Positions 23,901 to 34,338 are shown, counted from the stretch's first letter. The stretch is 64,000 bases of DNA from an uncultured Clostridia bacterium (GCA_944348085.1 CALVMU010000002.1:4461-68460); one strand, 5' to 3'. Notes: generated from the letters alone by a model not told the origin. Numbers and translations are program-made.

Positions 23901-26195
23901 TACATATCCACCAAAGCCATAAACATCTGCATAACTGATGCAATTGGTGATAGTGACTGGATACATAGTTGCACCCATGATATAGTCAACTTGCGCAACA
24001 ATGCCACCGACACAGTTTGAACCATAAATTGTCGAGTCTTTAAGAATTATGTTTTCAATTGTGACCGCATCAATAGATGTTGAAGCATATGAGGTGTCGA
24101 TAAGTCCAAATAAACCTTGATTTTGGCTATCACTATTTCCGCCCATCCAATCTTCTTCGTCAATGCTGCCTTCAACAAAAGCAGGAGTTGCAAGGTTTGT
24201 TATCTCAAAATTTTGACCGTCATAGTGCCCAAAGAAATTATCAATAGGATCCCACAGATGACCGCTAAGGTCAATGTTTTGTGTTTGGATGAAATAAGTG
24301 TTTTCATAATGCGTGCCACTGCCTGTCATATATGAAAGATAGGCAAGTTCTGCACCATTTGAAATTTGATATGGCTTGTCTTCTGTTCCGTCACCGCCAG
24401 CAAAAACTTTCGCCCGCACACCTTCATCAGTCCAATAGGTTGCCTCTTCTATGATAATTATAGGATAGCCACCATTTTGCTCAGGGTCAATTGTCCAAAC
24501 AGAAGTAAAATTCCAAGGCTCAGATGAATTCCAATTGCTTTCATTTGTGTACCAATCTTGTGTTTTTGCAAGGTCAGCAATTGTGTCAAGATGGCTTGCA
24601 TCAATGCTGGAAGAATCGGCATTGTCTGCCCCTACAGCTGCAAGTGAACTTGATGCATCACCACCCCAATAATTTTTTAAAATTTCAATATCGCCATAGC
24701 TTAAACTGCCAACAATTGCACCACTTGCACCACTTGTTCCAGAGTTTGTGACAGAGCCAAGGTTGAAATTGTTGATAAGTTTGAGAGGTGCTAAAGTTAA
24801 TGAATCTCCACTTGTGCTTCCACCATCGCCTTTCACAGCCCCCAAAATTCCACCTACATTTCCAGAATCAAAAAGGTTGGTGACTGTTGCCGCATTATAA
24901 TTATTTGTTATATTGATAACATCATCAGGGATTATTGTCTCTTCACTGCCAACACTAATCATTGTTGCACCTGCAGAAGTTGTAAAGCCTACAATTCCGC
25001 CTGCGACAGCATAAGAAAAAGCATCGGCACCCACAGTAACATTGCCTCTGTTATAACAATTTTTGACATCACCAGAAACATAATATATATAAATAGAAGA
25101 ATCTCCACCGGTAATATCAATATTTGCCATTAATATAACTACTGCACTATTTGTTCCAACAATTCCTCCTGCGACACAATCTCCAACTATTTCGCCATAA
25201 TTTGCACATTTTGAGATTGTTCCGCCAGTTCCGCTTATTCCGCCTACATAAATACCAGTAATTTGACCATTGTTGATGCAACCTGTAATTATTCCAACAG
25301 TAAAGCCTGAGATGCCACCTGTTCCTACTCCATTAGCGATATTTCCGCCACCAGAACCAATACAATCGGCAGTTAAAGGACTGTTATTTACTGAATTTTC
25401 AACTCTTCCACCATAAAGCGTTCCAATTATCCCTCCAAAATTTGAGCCTTTATTTTCCATATCAGTGATAGTGCTATTATTGACACAATTTTCTACAACA
25501 GTGGCATAACCAAGACCAACTATTCCGCCTGCGCTTCCACCAAACGCATAGATTTCTGCATAACTTATGCAATTTGAAATTGTCATATAAACTTGTGACC
25601 AGTCGAGGCCTGAATCATTCACGTCTAAAGTTCCACCTGCAATAATAGAACCAGTAACACCTTGTCCAAAGATAACTGAATCGCGTAAAACAATGTTTTT
25701 GATTATAATTCGATTTGTGCTGTAGCTTGCAATTTCCGCTTCATGCCCAAACAGTCCAGCAAACTCTACTGGTGAGCTTTCTGTGCCAACATAGATGCCT
25801 GAAATTTCAAATCCGCCACCATCGAAAGTTCCGTAAAATGAATCAGTATTTGATGTGCCTATTGGCGTCCAATAATAGGCAGACATGTCAAGATCAGTTG
25901 TGACAAGAAAGTTTCTCCCTATGTCACTACCACTATTTATTTGATAAGCAAAATAAGCAAATTGTTCAGGTGTTGAAATCAAATATGGATCATCTTCAGT
26001 TCCAGTTCCGCCAGCATAAGACGTGGCATAGTTTCCGCTGTCAGTCCAATTTCCGCTGTTTGTTGGTCCATCAACAGCGATTGTTTGTTTTTCTTCTTTT
26101 GGAAGCGACAAAAAGTATAATCCTACAGAGCAAAAAGCAACGAAGATTGAAAGCAAAACAATCAGCACGATTGATTTTTTGGAGACCTTTTCCAT
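20922..26195 (-). CDS. Giant surface protein (1757 aa): N-terminal signal-anchor plus three tandem GLUG-motif beta-helix super-repeats
   Basis: N-terminal TM helix (IVLIVLLSIFVAFCSVGLYFLSL). Dozens of GG[IL][IVA]G...N[CS]xN.G.[IV] units fit the GLUG motif. Each module opens with GG.GTE.DPY.IS....LAY(L/F)(S/A)Y and closes with LAKTQ[DE]WY...W...NGGYP. Confidence 0.85.
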   Translation of the reverse strand: MEKVSKKSIVLIVLLSIFVAFCSVGLYFLSLPKEEKQTIAVDGPTNSGNWTDSGNYATSYAGGTGTEDDPYLISTPEQFAYFAYQINSGSDIGRNFLVTTDLDMSAYYWTPIGTSNTDSFYGTFDGGGFEISGIYVGTESSPVEFAGLFGHEAEIASYSTNRIIIKNIVLRDSVIFGQGVTGSIIAGGTLDVNDSGLDWSQVYMTISNCISYAEIYAFGGSAGGIVGLGYATVVENCVNNSTITDMENKGSNFGGIIGTLYGGRVENSVNNSPLTADCIGSGGGNIANGVGTGGISGFTVGIITGCINNGQITGIYVGGISGTGGTISKCANYGEIVGDCVAGGIVGTNSAVVILMANIDITGGDSSIYIYYVSGDVKNCYNRGNVTVGADAFSYAVAGGIVGFTTSAGATMISVGSEETIIPDDVINITNNYNAATVTNLFDSGNVGGILGAVKGDGGSTSGDSLTLAPLKLINNFNLGSVTNSGTSGASGAIVGSLSYGDIEILKNYWGGDASSSLAAVGADNADSSSIDASHLDTIADLAKTQDWYTNESNWNSSEPWNFTSVWTIDPEQNGGYPIIIIEEATYWTDEGVRAKVFAGGDGTEDKPYQISNGAELAYLSYMTGSGTHYENTYFIQTQNIDLSGHLWDPIDNFFGHYDGQNFEITNLATPAFVEGSIDEEDWMGGNSDSQNQGLFGLIDTSYASTSIDAVTIENIILKDSTIYGSNCVGGIVAQVDYIMGATMYPVTITNCISYADVYGFGGYVGGIAGYVSQTTVSNCKNYGNIYGSNATAVGGIYGYDRNSSQIINCENYGSITASFVIDSQGAYNGSFYAARGNVGGIAGLTSTYIANSNNYGDITVTSKTSVGSSISYIGLAVGGIAGYGYGTISSCINEGNIVANVVGTNYSSNIGGLAGYTGGISNSYNIGNVSVNGGQGYIGGLAGGIDYTISITNCYNLGNVELTNGSNTSAVGGVFGNAVRLNNVSSSDPIVVAFVYNRGNILSTGYAGGLVGYYTPYSNKSLTVINCFNIGSVTGAENLVGAIIGGASSVSVLSIVNVIYGDGATQDLPDISSGEDLGGVYEPNITTLAKTQEWYLSDAWAGGWNFYSLWGFVEGENDGYPVFTSTIQGNWIDEEYRGTSFGGGTGTEEDPYIISTPEHLAYLSYLVNNNLAEGDSMDMGGGMIMKMQFSGVYFKQTADIDLSAHVWNAIGNIDMVNQTYLIFSGNYDGGGYEITGMFTDGSDYIGGLFGVVIGLNDNITLKNINIAESYIQNDGAAGVVGMMMLVSPSVQINVENCHNSAVVIGTSIAGGIIAGGDSAGGSIVGCSNTGNILGLSFAGGIIGQFSHSTSPLTIDNVYNEGSVTGSYAGGIVSDTDDTTLTNSHNTGNIFGISSNGYVGGLIGDSYETTLNNCYNTGSISGKAHYVGGVVAYLGGSSGISNSYNSGDIDVNILMASGSQFGVGGIFGYYVFYSYDSPLGITNCINYGNVTSDQINTGGIAGYISMGCDFENCVNYGDISGTQYVGGIAGDGIVNNSANYGAVSGTQYVGGIAGYMNQSYSSSSTSVSTILTLKNYGPVSATGNYAGGLIGQFVVSNSSTLPSITLSGCINLGSVTSSGDYVGGFVGHLNVSGSTESYPVTFTIEGSGIESAITYGGTNHGVLIGLSTIPVTLTNSYAISQIADLTLVGSADITMTNNLYILNDVKYYQGDDFSEFAWINSSSCPIPKALSTMSDYWTGTVTLDDLTSDGWTELTVA

Positions 26196-26241
26196 ACCCC
26201 CTCCTTAAAAAGAAAAATAAGAAAACTTATAATCTATTTTT

Positions 26242-26270
26242 AGTATACCAAATTTCGACAAATTCTACAA
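26242..26270 (-). promoter_or_regulatory. Candidate promoter of the GLUG-protein gene
   Basis: The minus strand has TTGTAG, a 17-nt spacer and TGgTATACT. The RBS AAGGAGG lies before the ATG at 26195. Confidence 0.45.
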
Positions 26271-26340
26271 ATATATTTAAAAATTTTTCAATATTTTTTA
26301 CAAATAAAAATCGCTTGAAAAATATAGACAAAAAAATGAA

Positions 26341-26373
26341 AAATAAAAAAATAAGCCAAAAAATTTGACTTAT
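26341..26373 (-). terminator. Candidate terminator after ndk
   Basis: Minus-strand AUAAGUC-loop-GGCUUAU (7 bp including one G-U pair) followed by a long U-run. Confidence 0.45.
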
Positions 26374-26384
26374 TTTCTTAAGTT

Positions 26385-26831
26385 TTAATCTTTATCAGCT
26401 TCAATCTCCAAAAGTTCTTTAAAAATTTTGATTTCTCTTTTCGCTGACTCAGTGCTGTCAGAAGCGTGAACAACATTTTCGCGAGTCTGAACTTCTCTGC
26501 CCATCATCTTTGGAATGTCAGCTCTGATTGTGCCTTTTGCTGGGTTTGAGGTTGAGCCCACCATTTGCCTTATTAAAGCAATCGCATTCCTTCCGCTCAC
26601 AATCATGCCATAAGCTTTGCCAGATGTGATATATTTTTCAAGTGGTGGATAGAAATCTTTGCCAACATGCTCAGCGTAATGCTCACGCGCATGTTTTTTG
26701 TCGTAGGAAATATAGCCTTCATCTTCAATTTTCAAACCAGCGTCTGTAAGTCTTCTTTTGATTTCGTCAATCACCCATTCTTCATTTGCGAAAATTGGTT
26801 TTATCATAACATAAGATTTTTCAATAAACAT
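26385..26831 (-). CDS. ndk: Nucleoside-diphosphate kinase
   Basis: EKSYVMIKP..., HYAEHVGKDFYPPL, GTIRADI, NVVHASDS (catalytic His). Start trimmed to the ATG preceded by GGAGGGG. Confidence 0.9.
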   Translation of the reverse strand: MFIEKSYVMIKPIFANEEWVIDEIKRRLTDAGLKIEDEGYISYDKKHAREHYAEHVGKDFYPPLEKYITSGKAYGMIVSGRNAIALIRQMVGSTSNPAKGTIRADIPKMMGREVQTRENVVHASDSTESAKREIKIFKELLEIEADKD

Positions 26832-26894
26832 TTTCCCCTCCATATTTTCATTTTAGCATAAATTTACAGAATTTTGACATTTTTTTTGCATTTT

Positions 26895-29800
26895 TTATTG
26901 TTTTTTTGATGTTTTTGCCAAAATTTTCTTCTGTTTTTCAATTTCTTTGACAATTTCGCTTGTCACACCTTTATAGTTATGCCACCAATCTCTGCTCCAC
27001 ACTCTGAGCACTCTCCAGCCTCGCGATTTCAAAAATTCGTTGCGATAGACATCGCGCTCCAAAATCGATGGTGAGCTGTTGATGGCTGTTTGATCGGTTT
27101 CTATGCCAAGCAAATATCTGTCAGATGCCTTGTCATAAACAGCAACCGAAATCTTGCTGTCAGAGTTGCCAAGGTTGACCTCTGCGCTGTAGCCAAGTTT
27201 GCCAAGTTTTTTCTGAATTTGCTCTTCGAGTGGCAACAGACCAATTGTTTTGTTAACTTTTAAAATGCGCTGGTTGAAGCTGTCAAGAATCGCTTTGACC
27301 TCTTCAGTTTTGCCTTTTGAAACTGCTCTAGCATAGGCAAGATAGCTTCTGAGAAGTTTTGGGCCTGCAAATTTTGCGCCGTCAACTTTAAGCTCTTCAG
27401 GCTCAATGCTTGTGACAACATAAATCTTTTGTTTTGCTCTTGTCACGGCAACATTAAGTCTGTTTTCACCACCCTCGTTTGAAAGAGAGCCAAATGATGC
27501 GTTGACTTTTCCAAATTCATTTCGCGCATAGCCGATTGAGAAGATGATGATGTCTCGCTCGTCACCTTGCACATTTTCAAGGTTTTTGACAAACAAACTT
27601 ACATCTTCGTCATTTTCAATTCGACTGCTCTCGCGAATAAATCTGCTTCTGAAATCTTCATCTTTAAAGCATTCTTTGTCAAACAAATCTTCAATGCATG
27701 CCTCTTGCTCTGAGTTGAAAGTGATAATGCCAATCGTCTCGCCATGTTTTCTGGTCTTTAAAATCTGTTTTGTCAGCTCTACAACCTTTTTTGCCTCTGC
27801 AAGATTTTTGCGGTCAGACCATTTTCCGTCAACCAAAATTCGTTCAATAGGTTTTTGTTTTAAATTTTTTGAAACATTTGGTGCAATTTGAAGATTGCCT
27901 GAATAAAACGCCTTGTTTGAAAAATCAATAAGCTCTTGGTTTTTGCTTCGATAATGATATGTGATGTTTGCGCTGTTGAAACGAGAAACTGCAAGATCCA
28001 AAAGACTTTCAACTTCAAGCGCCGCCTGTGTTGAAAGGTCAACCTCGTCATCAAGGTTTGCACCCATATATCTTTTCATGAAAGTTGTGGTTGGTCTAAG
28101 CTGTTTTGCGTCACCTGCAACAACGATGCATTTGCCTCTGAAAATTGAAGGAATTGTGTTTTCAATAAACACTTGAGATGCCTCATCAAAAAGCACAATG
28201 TCAAACATGTCTTTTTCAAGTGGAAGGATTGATGAAACATTTTCTGGCGACAAAAGCCAGCAAGGGAACAACTTGAAAAGATAGTCGCCATACACTTCCA
28301 TCATCTTTCTGACGCTCCAGTAATTTTGCTTTTTAGAAATTTGATAGAGATAGTCGTTGCTTTCTATGCTTCCATCAATCATGTTTTGATAGTCGCTTGC
28401 AAAGCTTTGAATGGCAATTTGTTTTGACAAATTGTTTTGTTCTTTTTTAAGGTCAACAATTTTTGCTCTGATGTTTTCAAAATCAGCAGTCATTGCAAGC
28501 TTGTCTTTCATCTTCTCTTCATAAATCAAAATTTCATGATAGATGCGAAGAGGCATGATTTTATTTAAAATTTCCAGATATTTTGAATAGGAATTTGCAT
28601 GTTTATATGCAAAATTAAGCACAAATTTTTGATTTTCGGTCAAATTTTCAAGAATTTTGCTTATATCTTGGTTTGCAATAAAGTTTTCAACTGCATTTAA
28701 AATAAGTTTCAAAATGCCACTGTTGCCATTAAGAAGGCCATCAACTGCCATCAAATAGCCCTCTTCTGTCAAGATGTCTTTCAAAAACTCATATTCTTCA
28801 AGGTATTCTTGAAGAGCTGAAATTGTTTTTTCAAACTCGGCAGAAACAAGCCTTTCTTTTTTGTTCATTTGATGTTTTGCGAATGGATAAAGTGGGAAAA
28901 GAACGGTCGATGTCTTCAAAAATTTTGCAGTCTTTGGATATTCCAGTTTTGCAACCATTTTTTGCAAAGTTTTTTGGTCACCTTTATCTTGAAGGCGAGA
29001 AAAGTATGTCAAAATCTGTCTGCTGTATTTGTATTCGGCTCCATCAAACAAAGCTTGCCGTTTTTGACAAAGCGCGCTGAGCTTTGATTGTGACTGCGCA
29101 ATCACATGAAGCCCTGCATCAAGCTTTAAGTGGTCAATAAATGGATTTTTCTTTTTGTTTTCAATAAAGTTATAGTAAAGCTGAGTTTTGTTTGGTTCAT
29201 TCAAAACAGAAAGCGCATCTCGAAGCTCTTCATAACTTAAAGCTAGCAATTTTTTTGAGCTTAAAATTTGTTGATAAATTGAATATTCAACAGAATGCTT
29301 TCCGATTTTGAAAGAGTTGTAATACATTGCCTGCAAACTCAATCCAAAAGGTGTTGGCTCGTTAAGGCACTTGTTGATTTCTGCAAGTTTTTCTTCCTCT
29401 TCTTTGATTTGCGCTGAAATGCCATCAAATTTTTTGAAGACCTCGTCATCCGTCTTTAATTTAAGAAGGCTGTTATGTGCACTTAAGCATCTTTCATAAA
29501 ATCCGCGCTTTTCCTTTTCAGACTCCACCACAAACATTGCCCTGTTATTGAGCGCGCCAAGTCTGTTGTAAACCACATCAAGTGCAGCTTTCTTTTGCGA
29601 AACAACCAAAACTTTTTTGCCTTTTGCAATGGCGTCTGAAATAACATTGACAATGGTCTGGCTTTTGCCTGTGCCTGGAGGGCCATAAATCACCATGTTT
29701 CCACTGTCATTGACTTTGCGCACAACCTGCTCTTGTGCATAGTCGACATTGTTTATTAAATAAAGATTTTGCTCTTTGCCTTGTTTATGTTTTTTGACCT

Positions 29801-30668
29801 TTCTGTTTAAAAGCTGGTTGATTGACTCGTTTGTAAGATGCTTTTTCTCAAGTTTTGCATAGTCGTTGTATATTGAATTTGCAAGCGAGCAACGAGCAAG
29901 AAGGCAAAGGTTTTTGATTTCTGGAGCTTGCGAGTGCTTTGGCTCAGAATATCTGTCAAAAGGAAAGATGTTTTTTCTTGGAGCTGGAGCAATCCTTATG
30001 CCAAACGAAGCAAGATAGTCGAGCAATTTTTGAAGGTTTGCAAACCTTGCCTTCATGCAGTCAAATTCAGTTTCAAGTTCCTCCAAATTCAGTCTTTTTG
30101 CATCAGCAAAGGCATACATAAGCGCTTTGTTGAGCTGAACAGGCTCACCGCTTTTCAGGCTTATGCTGGCTGACGAATCGTTTTCAATTTCAATCTCAAC
30201 CGGAAACATGAGAAGTGGCGCGCGGAAAGTATAGTTTTTCACATTTCCGTAAACAAATGGATAGCACAAATACAGCTCGCTTCTGCCAGTTTCTCTTTCA
30301 ATTTCTTCAATCTCACGCTTTAAAGTGATAAGGCTTTTCACTTCGCCTTCAAGCGTTTTCTTTAAAGCCTCTTTCTTTTGCTTTTCAAGTTTTTTCTTGG
30401 CCTCTGCATCATTTGGATCAATCAAGCTTTCATCAATCTTGATGTTTTTCTCAAAAACCTGTTTGCGCTCTTTGCTGATAAGCTCAAAAGAAGAAGACCT
30501 TCCATTCCAAAGGTTGTCGACAAGCTCATTTGCAAGGTCTTGGTTTTGATACAAAAGCTTTCCAACATCATAACCATTTTTCTTGCTGAAATTTTTTAGA
30601 TATAAGCTTCGATTTTTTCCGCTGATTTCAATCAAGCGCTCTTTATAATATGTATAAATGCTTTTCAT
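26895..30668 (-). CDS. Superfamily-1 (Upf1/DNA2-like, AAA_11/AAA_12) helicase with N-terminal DUF4011-like region and C-terminal DUF559/Vsr-like endonuclease-fold domain
   Basis: Walker A GPPGTGKSQT, Walker B VLFDEASQ, then GDAKQLRPT, YHYRS and NVAVTRAK. The C-terminus LLGIETDQ...ERDVYRNEFLKSRGWRVLRVWSRDWW matches the DUF559-type motif. Confidence 0.85.
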   Translation of the reverse strand: MKSIYTYYKERLIEISGKNRSLYLKNFSKKNGYDVGKLLYQNQDLANELVDNLWNGRSSSFELISKERKQVFEKNIKIDESLIDPNDAEAKKKLEKQKKEALKKTLEGEVKSLITLKREIEEIERETGRSELYLCYPFVYGNVKNYTFRAPLLMFPVEIEIENDSSASISLKSGEPVQLNKALMYAFADAKRLNLEELETEFDCMKARFANLQKLLDYLASFGIRIAPAPRKNIFPFDRYSEPKHSQAPEIKNLCLLARCSLANSIYNDYAKLEKKHLTNESINQLLNRKVKKHKQGKEQNLYLINNVDYAQEQVVRKVNDSGNMVIYGPPGTGKSQTIVNVISDAIAKGKKVLVVSQKKAALDVVYNRLGALNNRAMFVVESEKEKRGFYERCLSAHNSLLKLKTDDEVFKKFDGISAQIKEEEEKLAEINKCLNEPTPFGLSLQAMYYNSFKIGKHSVEYSIYQQILSSKKLLALSYEELRDALSVLNEPNKTQLYYNFIENKKKNPFIDHLKLDAGLHVIAQSQSKLSALCQKRQALFDGAEYKYSRQILTYFSRLQDKGDQKTLQKMVAKLEYPKTAKFLKTSTVLFPLYPFAKHQMNKKERLVSAEFEKTISALQEYLEEYEFLKDILTEEGYLMAVDGLLNGNSGILKLILNAVENFIANQDISKILENLTENQKFVLNFAYKHANSYSKYLEILNKIMPLRIYHEILIYEEKMKDKLAMTADFENIRAKIVDLKKEQNNLSKQIAIQSFASDYQNMIDGSIESNDYLYQISKKQNYWSVRKMMEVYGDYLFKLFPCWLLSPENVSSILPLEKDMFDIVLFDEASQVFIENTIPSIFRGKCIVVAGDAKQLRPTTTFMKRYMGANLDDEVDLSTQAALEVESLLDLAVSRFNSANITYHYRSKNQELIDFSNKAFYSGNLQIAPNVSKNLKQKPIERILVDGKWSDRKNLAEAKKVVELTKQILKTRKHGETIGIITFNSEQEACIEDLFDKECFKDEDFRSRFIRESSRIENDEDVSLFVKNLENVQGDERDIIIFSIGYARNEFGKVNASFGSLSNEGGENRLNVAVTRAKQKIYVVTSIEPEELKVDGAKFAGPKLLRSYLAYARAVSKGKTEEVKAILDSFNQRILKVNKTIGLLPLEEQIQKKLGKLGYSAEVNLGNSDSKISVAVYDKASDRYLLGIETDQTAINSSPSILERDVYRNEFLKSRGWRVLRVWSRDWWHNYKGVTSEIVKEIEKQKKILAKTSKKQ

Positions 30669-30718
30669 AAGTTTGCCCTTTTATATTATTATTCTACACC
30701 AAAACCCTTCAAAAAACA

Positions 30719-30750
30719 ACAAAAAACTCTCAAAAACTGAGAGTTTTTTT
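30719..30750 (-). terminator. Rho-independent terminator after eno
   Basis: AACTCTC-loop-GAGAGTT flanked by A- and T-runs. Confidence 0.65.
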
Positions 30751-30752
30751 AT

Positions 30753-32051
30753 TTATCTTTTCAAAGCGTCAAAACCTTTGTAAATTGCTTTTTTGCCAAG
30801 CTCTTCTTCAATGCGCAAAAGTTGATTGTATTTTGCAACTCGCTCGCTTCGACATGGCGCACCAGTCTTTATCTGTCCGCAGTCAAGAGCAACCACAAGG
30901 TCTGCAATAAAGCTGTCTTCAGTTTCACCACTTCGGTGTGACACAACAGCGGTCATGCCATTTTTGTGAGCAAGCTTGATTGCTTCGATTGCTTCAGAAA
31001 GTGAGCCAATTTGGTTTACTTTGACAAGAATTGAGTTTGCGCATTTAAGATCAATGCCTTTCTGAAGTCTTGCTGGATTTGTAACAAAAAGGTCGTCGCC
31101 AACAAGTTGAATTTTGCCGCCAAGCGCCTTTGTAAGTTTTTGCCAACCTTCCCAGTCCTCTTCAGCAAGTCCGTCTTCAATTGAAACGATAGGATATTTT
31201 TTAATCCAGCTTTGATAAAGTTTTATCATTTGCTCTGCTGAGTAAATTTCGCCAGTTTTCCAGAAATAATATTTGCCTTTTTGTCCAATTTTTTCAGCCT
31301 CGTCATACATTTCAGTTGAAGCAACATCCATTGCTATTGCAATGTCTTTGCCTTTCTTAAAGCCTGACTTTTCAATCGCCATAACCAAAAGTTTTAAAGC
31401 CTCTTCATCATTTGAAAGGTTTGGAGCAAAACCGCCCTCATCACCAACGCCAGTTGAAAGTTTTTGTTCTTTCAAGATTTTTTTAAGGTTTTGATAAACT
31501 CTCGCTGACCACTCAAGCGCCTCTGAAAAGCTTTTTGCGCCAAGTGGCATAATCATAAATTCTTGACAATTCAAATTGTTGTCCGCGTGTTTTCCACCAT
31601 TTAAAATGTTCAGCATTGGAACAGGAAGAGTTGTGCCCTTGCCAAGACTTTTAAACAAACTTTTTCCCTCTGCTTTGGCAGCAGCTGAGGCCACTGCAAG
31701 CGAAACGCCTAAAATTGCGTTTGCGCCAAGTTTTGACTTGTTGGCTGTTCCATCAAGTTCAATCATCTTTTTATCGATTGCTTTTTGGTCAAAAACATTC
31801 ATGCCCACAACTGCTTTTGCAATTGTTTTGTTGACATTTTCAACCGCCTTCAAAACTGACTTGCCACTATAATAATTTTTGTCGCCGTCACGAAGTTCAC
31901 ACGCTTCAAACGCACCTGTTGACGCACCAGAAGGAACTGCTGCCCTGCCCATGATGCCATTTTCTAAGAGGACATCGACTTCAACCGTTGGATTTGAGCG
32001 TGAGTCCAAAATTTGTCTTGCATGAATTTTTTTGATTTTAATTTCTTTCAT
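30753..32051 (-). CDS. eno: Enolase (phosphopyruvate hydratase)
   Basis: [27 protein letters not shown]..., SHRSGETED, and a C-terminal [12 protein letters not shown]. The ORF-track N-terminal extension (to 32249) is rejected because ATG 32051 has the RBS GAGGAG. Confidence 0.95.
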   Translation of the reverse strand: MKEIKIKKIHARQILDSRSNPTVEVDVLLENGIMGRAAVPSGASTGAFEACELRDGDKNYYSGKSVLKAVENVNKTIAKAVVGMNVFDQKAIDKKMIELDGTANKSKLGANAILGVSLAVASAAAKAEGKSLFKSLGKGTTLPVPMLNILNGGKHADNNLNCQEFMIMPLGAKSFSEALEWSARVYQNLKKILKEQKLSTGVGDEGGFAPNLSNDEEALKLLVMAIEKSGFKKGKDIAIAMDVASTEMYDEAEKIGQKGKYYFWKTGEIYSAEQMIKLYQSWIKKYPIVSIEDGLAEEDWEGWQKLTKALGGKIQLVGDDLFVTNPARLQKGIDLKCANSILVKVNQIGSLSEAIEAIKLAHKNGMTAVVSHRSGETEDSFIADLVVALDCGQIKTGAPCRSERVAKYNQLLRIEEELGKKAIYKGFDALKR

Positions 32052-32220
32052 ATTTTTTCTCCTCTGCAATATTTTAGCAATTTTATTAAAAAAATAAAAA
32101 CATTTTGATATAATTGCAGAAAAAACAGCAAAAAAATCTTTTATTTTTAAAAAATCACTTGATTTGTTTTTAATTTTTTTTGTAAATATGTTATATTTAA
32201 AGTAATTAATGGAGGTTGAT

Positions 32221-34275
32221 ATGGATAAAAAACTTGAGCCACTTTTCACGCCATGGAAAATTGGTAATGTGGAAATTAAAAACAGAATTGTGCTTTGTCC
32301 TATGGGTGGAACTTCGCTCTTTGGTTGGATGGAACCACATCATCTTGACAAAGATGCTTGCGATTTTTTTATGGATGTTGCAAAAAACAATGTCGGACTT
32401 ATCATTCCAGGCATTGCACCACTTAAAAATATAATCGGTGGACAATGGCTGTATAAGTCAAAGCGAACTTTCAAAAAACTTAAAAAATATATGGAAGAAA
32501 TCCACAAAACAGGAGCTAAACTTTTTGTTCAGCTTACTGCTGGTTTTGGAAGAAGTTTTTCAATTCCAAACTCTATGAAATCAATCATCAAATCCAAATT
32601 TTTGTCTAAACTTGTAAAGCCAATTATTGACCTGCCATATCTTTGCGCAAGTCCTTCAAAGCTTCCTTCACGCTGGCTGGAAGGCTACACTTGCCGACCC
32701 CTTACAAAAAAAGAAATTGAAAAGATGATATATGCTTTTGCAAAAACCGCAGCCCTTTGCAAAGAGGCTGGAGTTGATGGCGTTGAAGTGCATGCTGTGC
32801 ATGAAGGCTATTTGCTTGACCAATTCACGCTTGACTACACCAATAAACGAACTGACGAGTATGGCGGAAGCTGGGAAAACAAATATCGCTTCCCAGTTGA
32901 AGTTGTAAAGGCAATCAAAAAAGAGTGCGGAGAAGACTACCCTGTCAGTGTGCGTTTCTCAGCCGTGTCAAAAACAAAAGATTTTTGCGAGGGAATTTTG
33001 CCTGGCGAAAACTTTAAAGACATTGGAAGAGACATCGAAGAAGGCAAAAAAGCTGCCAAATATCTGCAAGATGCTGGTTATGACATGCTTAACACAGACA
33101 ATGGCACTTATGACGCTTGGTATTGGTCTCACCCACCTCTTTATATGCCAAAAAATTGCAACCTTGAAGATGTAAGCAAAATAGCAAAAGAAGTTTCCAT
33201 CCCTGTTGTTTGCGCTGGAAAAATGGAAGCTGTTGATGGCGCAAAAGCTATAAAAGATGGCAAAATTGATGCAATGGGAATTGCAAGACAATTTTTGACC
33301 GATCCTCATTGGATTACAAAACTCATTGAAGACCGTCCACAAGACATTTTGCCTTGCATCTATTGTCACAATGGTTGCTTCAACTTCGCTCATTACAAAG
33401 GTGTTGCAAACGATCAGTCAATGGAAGACTCAAAACACATGTCAAGATGCGCACTTAATCCTATGACTATGGATGGTGGAAAATATGACTATCGCCCTGC
33501 CAAGAAACAAAAAACAATTGCTGTTATCGGCGGTGGTGTTGGCGGAATGGAAGTTGCACGCATTGCAACAAAACGCGGACACAAAGTGACAATCTATGAA
33601 AAATCAGACAAACTTGGTGGAGTGTTTATTCCAGCTGGAAAGATGTCGTTTAAAGAGCGTGACAGAATGTTTCTTGACTGGGAGCGCAGACAAATTGAAA
33701 AGCTTGGAATTGAAGTCAAACTTAACAGCGAAATCACCGACCTTAAACAAATCAAAGCTGATGAAATTGTTATTGCAACAGGTTCAACACCAAAACAACT
33801 TAAACTTAAGGGCATTGAAAAGGCAATTGAAGCCATTGACTATTTGAATAGTCCAGAACAAGTCAAAGAAAATGTGGTAATAATTGGCGGAGGTCTCACT
33901 GGTTGCGAAATTGCTTATCAACTTGCTCTTGATGGCAAAAAGCCTGTGATTGTGGAGGCAAAAAATGACCTTATGGCTGTCAAAGGACTTTGCCTTGCAA
34001 ATTCATCATACTTAAGAGACTATTTCAAACACAACGACATTCCTGTTTATCTTGAAAGCTTTGTGAGCGAAATTGGCAAAAACTATTGTCTTATAATGGA
34101 CAAAAATGGCAAACAAACAAAAGTCAAAGCTGACAATGTGATTGTTTCTGTTGGCTATAGTCCTGCCCCACTTGCAAAACAATCACGCCATGTTCATGTT
34201 GTCGGTGACGCACTCAAGGTTGGCAATCTTAGAACAGTTATTTGGCGCGCTTGGGATGTTGCAACAAAAATTTAA
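32221..34275 (+). CDS. Old-yellow-enzyme-family Fe-S flavoprotein (2,4-dienoyl-CoA reductase / NADH:flavin oxidoreductase-like) with C-terminal FAD/NAD(P) domain
   Basis: OYE TIM-barrel motifs: [12 protein letters not shown] and [16 protein letters not shown]. Cys cluster CIYCHNGC...C. Rossmann motifs [11 protein letters not shown] and [19 protein letters not shown]. Confidence 0.85.
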   Translation: MDKKLEPLFTPWKIGNVEIKNRIVLCPMGGTSLFGWMEPHHLDKDACDFFMDVAKNNVGLIIPGIAPLKNIIGGQWLYKSKRTFKKLKKYMEEIHKTGAKLFVQLTAGFGRSFSIPNSMKSIIKSKFLSKLVKPIIDLPYLCASPSKLPSRWLEGYTCRPLTKKEIEKMIYAFAKTAALCKEAGVDGVEVHAVHEGYLLDQFTLDYTNKRTDEYGGSWENKYRFPVEVVKAIKKECGEDYPVSVRFSAVSKTKDFCEGILPGENFKDIGRDIEEGKKAAKYLQDAGYDMLNTDNGTYDAWYWSHPPLYMPKNCNLEDVSKIAKEVSIPVVCAGKMEAVDGAKAIKDGKIDAMGIARQFLTDPHWITKLIEDRPQDILPCIYCHNGCFNFAHYKGVANDQSMEDSKHMSRCALNPMTMDGGKYDYRPAKKQKTIAVIGGGVGGMEVARIATKRGHKVTIYEKSDKLGGVFIPAGKMSFKERDRMFLDWERRQIEKLGIEVKLNSEITDLKQIKADEIVIATGSTPKQLKLKGIEKAIEAIDYLNSPEQVKENVVIIGGGLTGCEIAYQLALDGKKPVIVEAKNDLMAVKGLCLANSSYLRDYFKHNDIPVYLESFVSEIGKNYCLIMDKNGKQTKVKADNVIVSVGYSPAPLAKQSRHVHVVGDALKVGNLRTVIWRAWDVATKI

Positions 34276-34311
34276 ATAAAAAATATTTCTCACAAAAATT
34301 TCAATAAAACA

Positions 34312-34338
34312 AAAGCCTAAATTTTAGGCTTTTTTTTA
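34312..34338 (+). terminator. Rho-independent terminator
   Basis: AAAGCCTAAAA-TTTTAGGCTTT followed by a T-run. Confidence 0.7.

Noticed and set aside
32052-32249. N-terminal extensions given in the ORF track for eno (to 32249), the ABC ATPase (to 49854), the XRE regulator (from 15704), the GHKL protein (to 3798), rplU (to 60667) and ndk (to 26843)
   Set aside because: In each case an internal ATG with a good Shine-Dalgarno sequence starts exactly at the conserved N-terminus of the family. The extension is junk-like or overlaps a predicted promoter.
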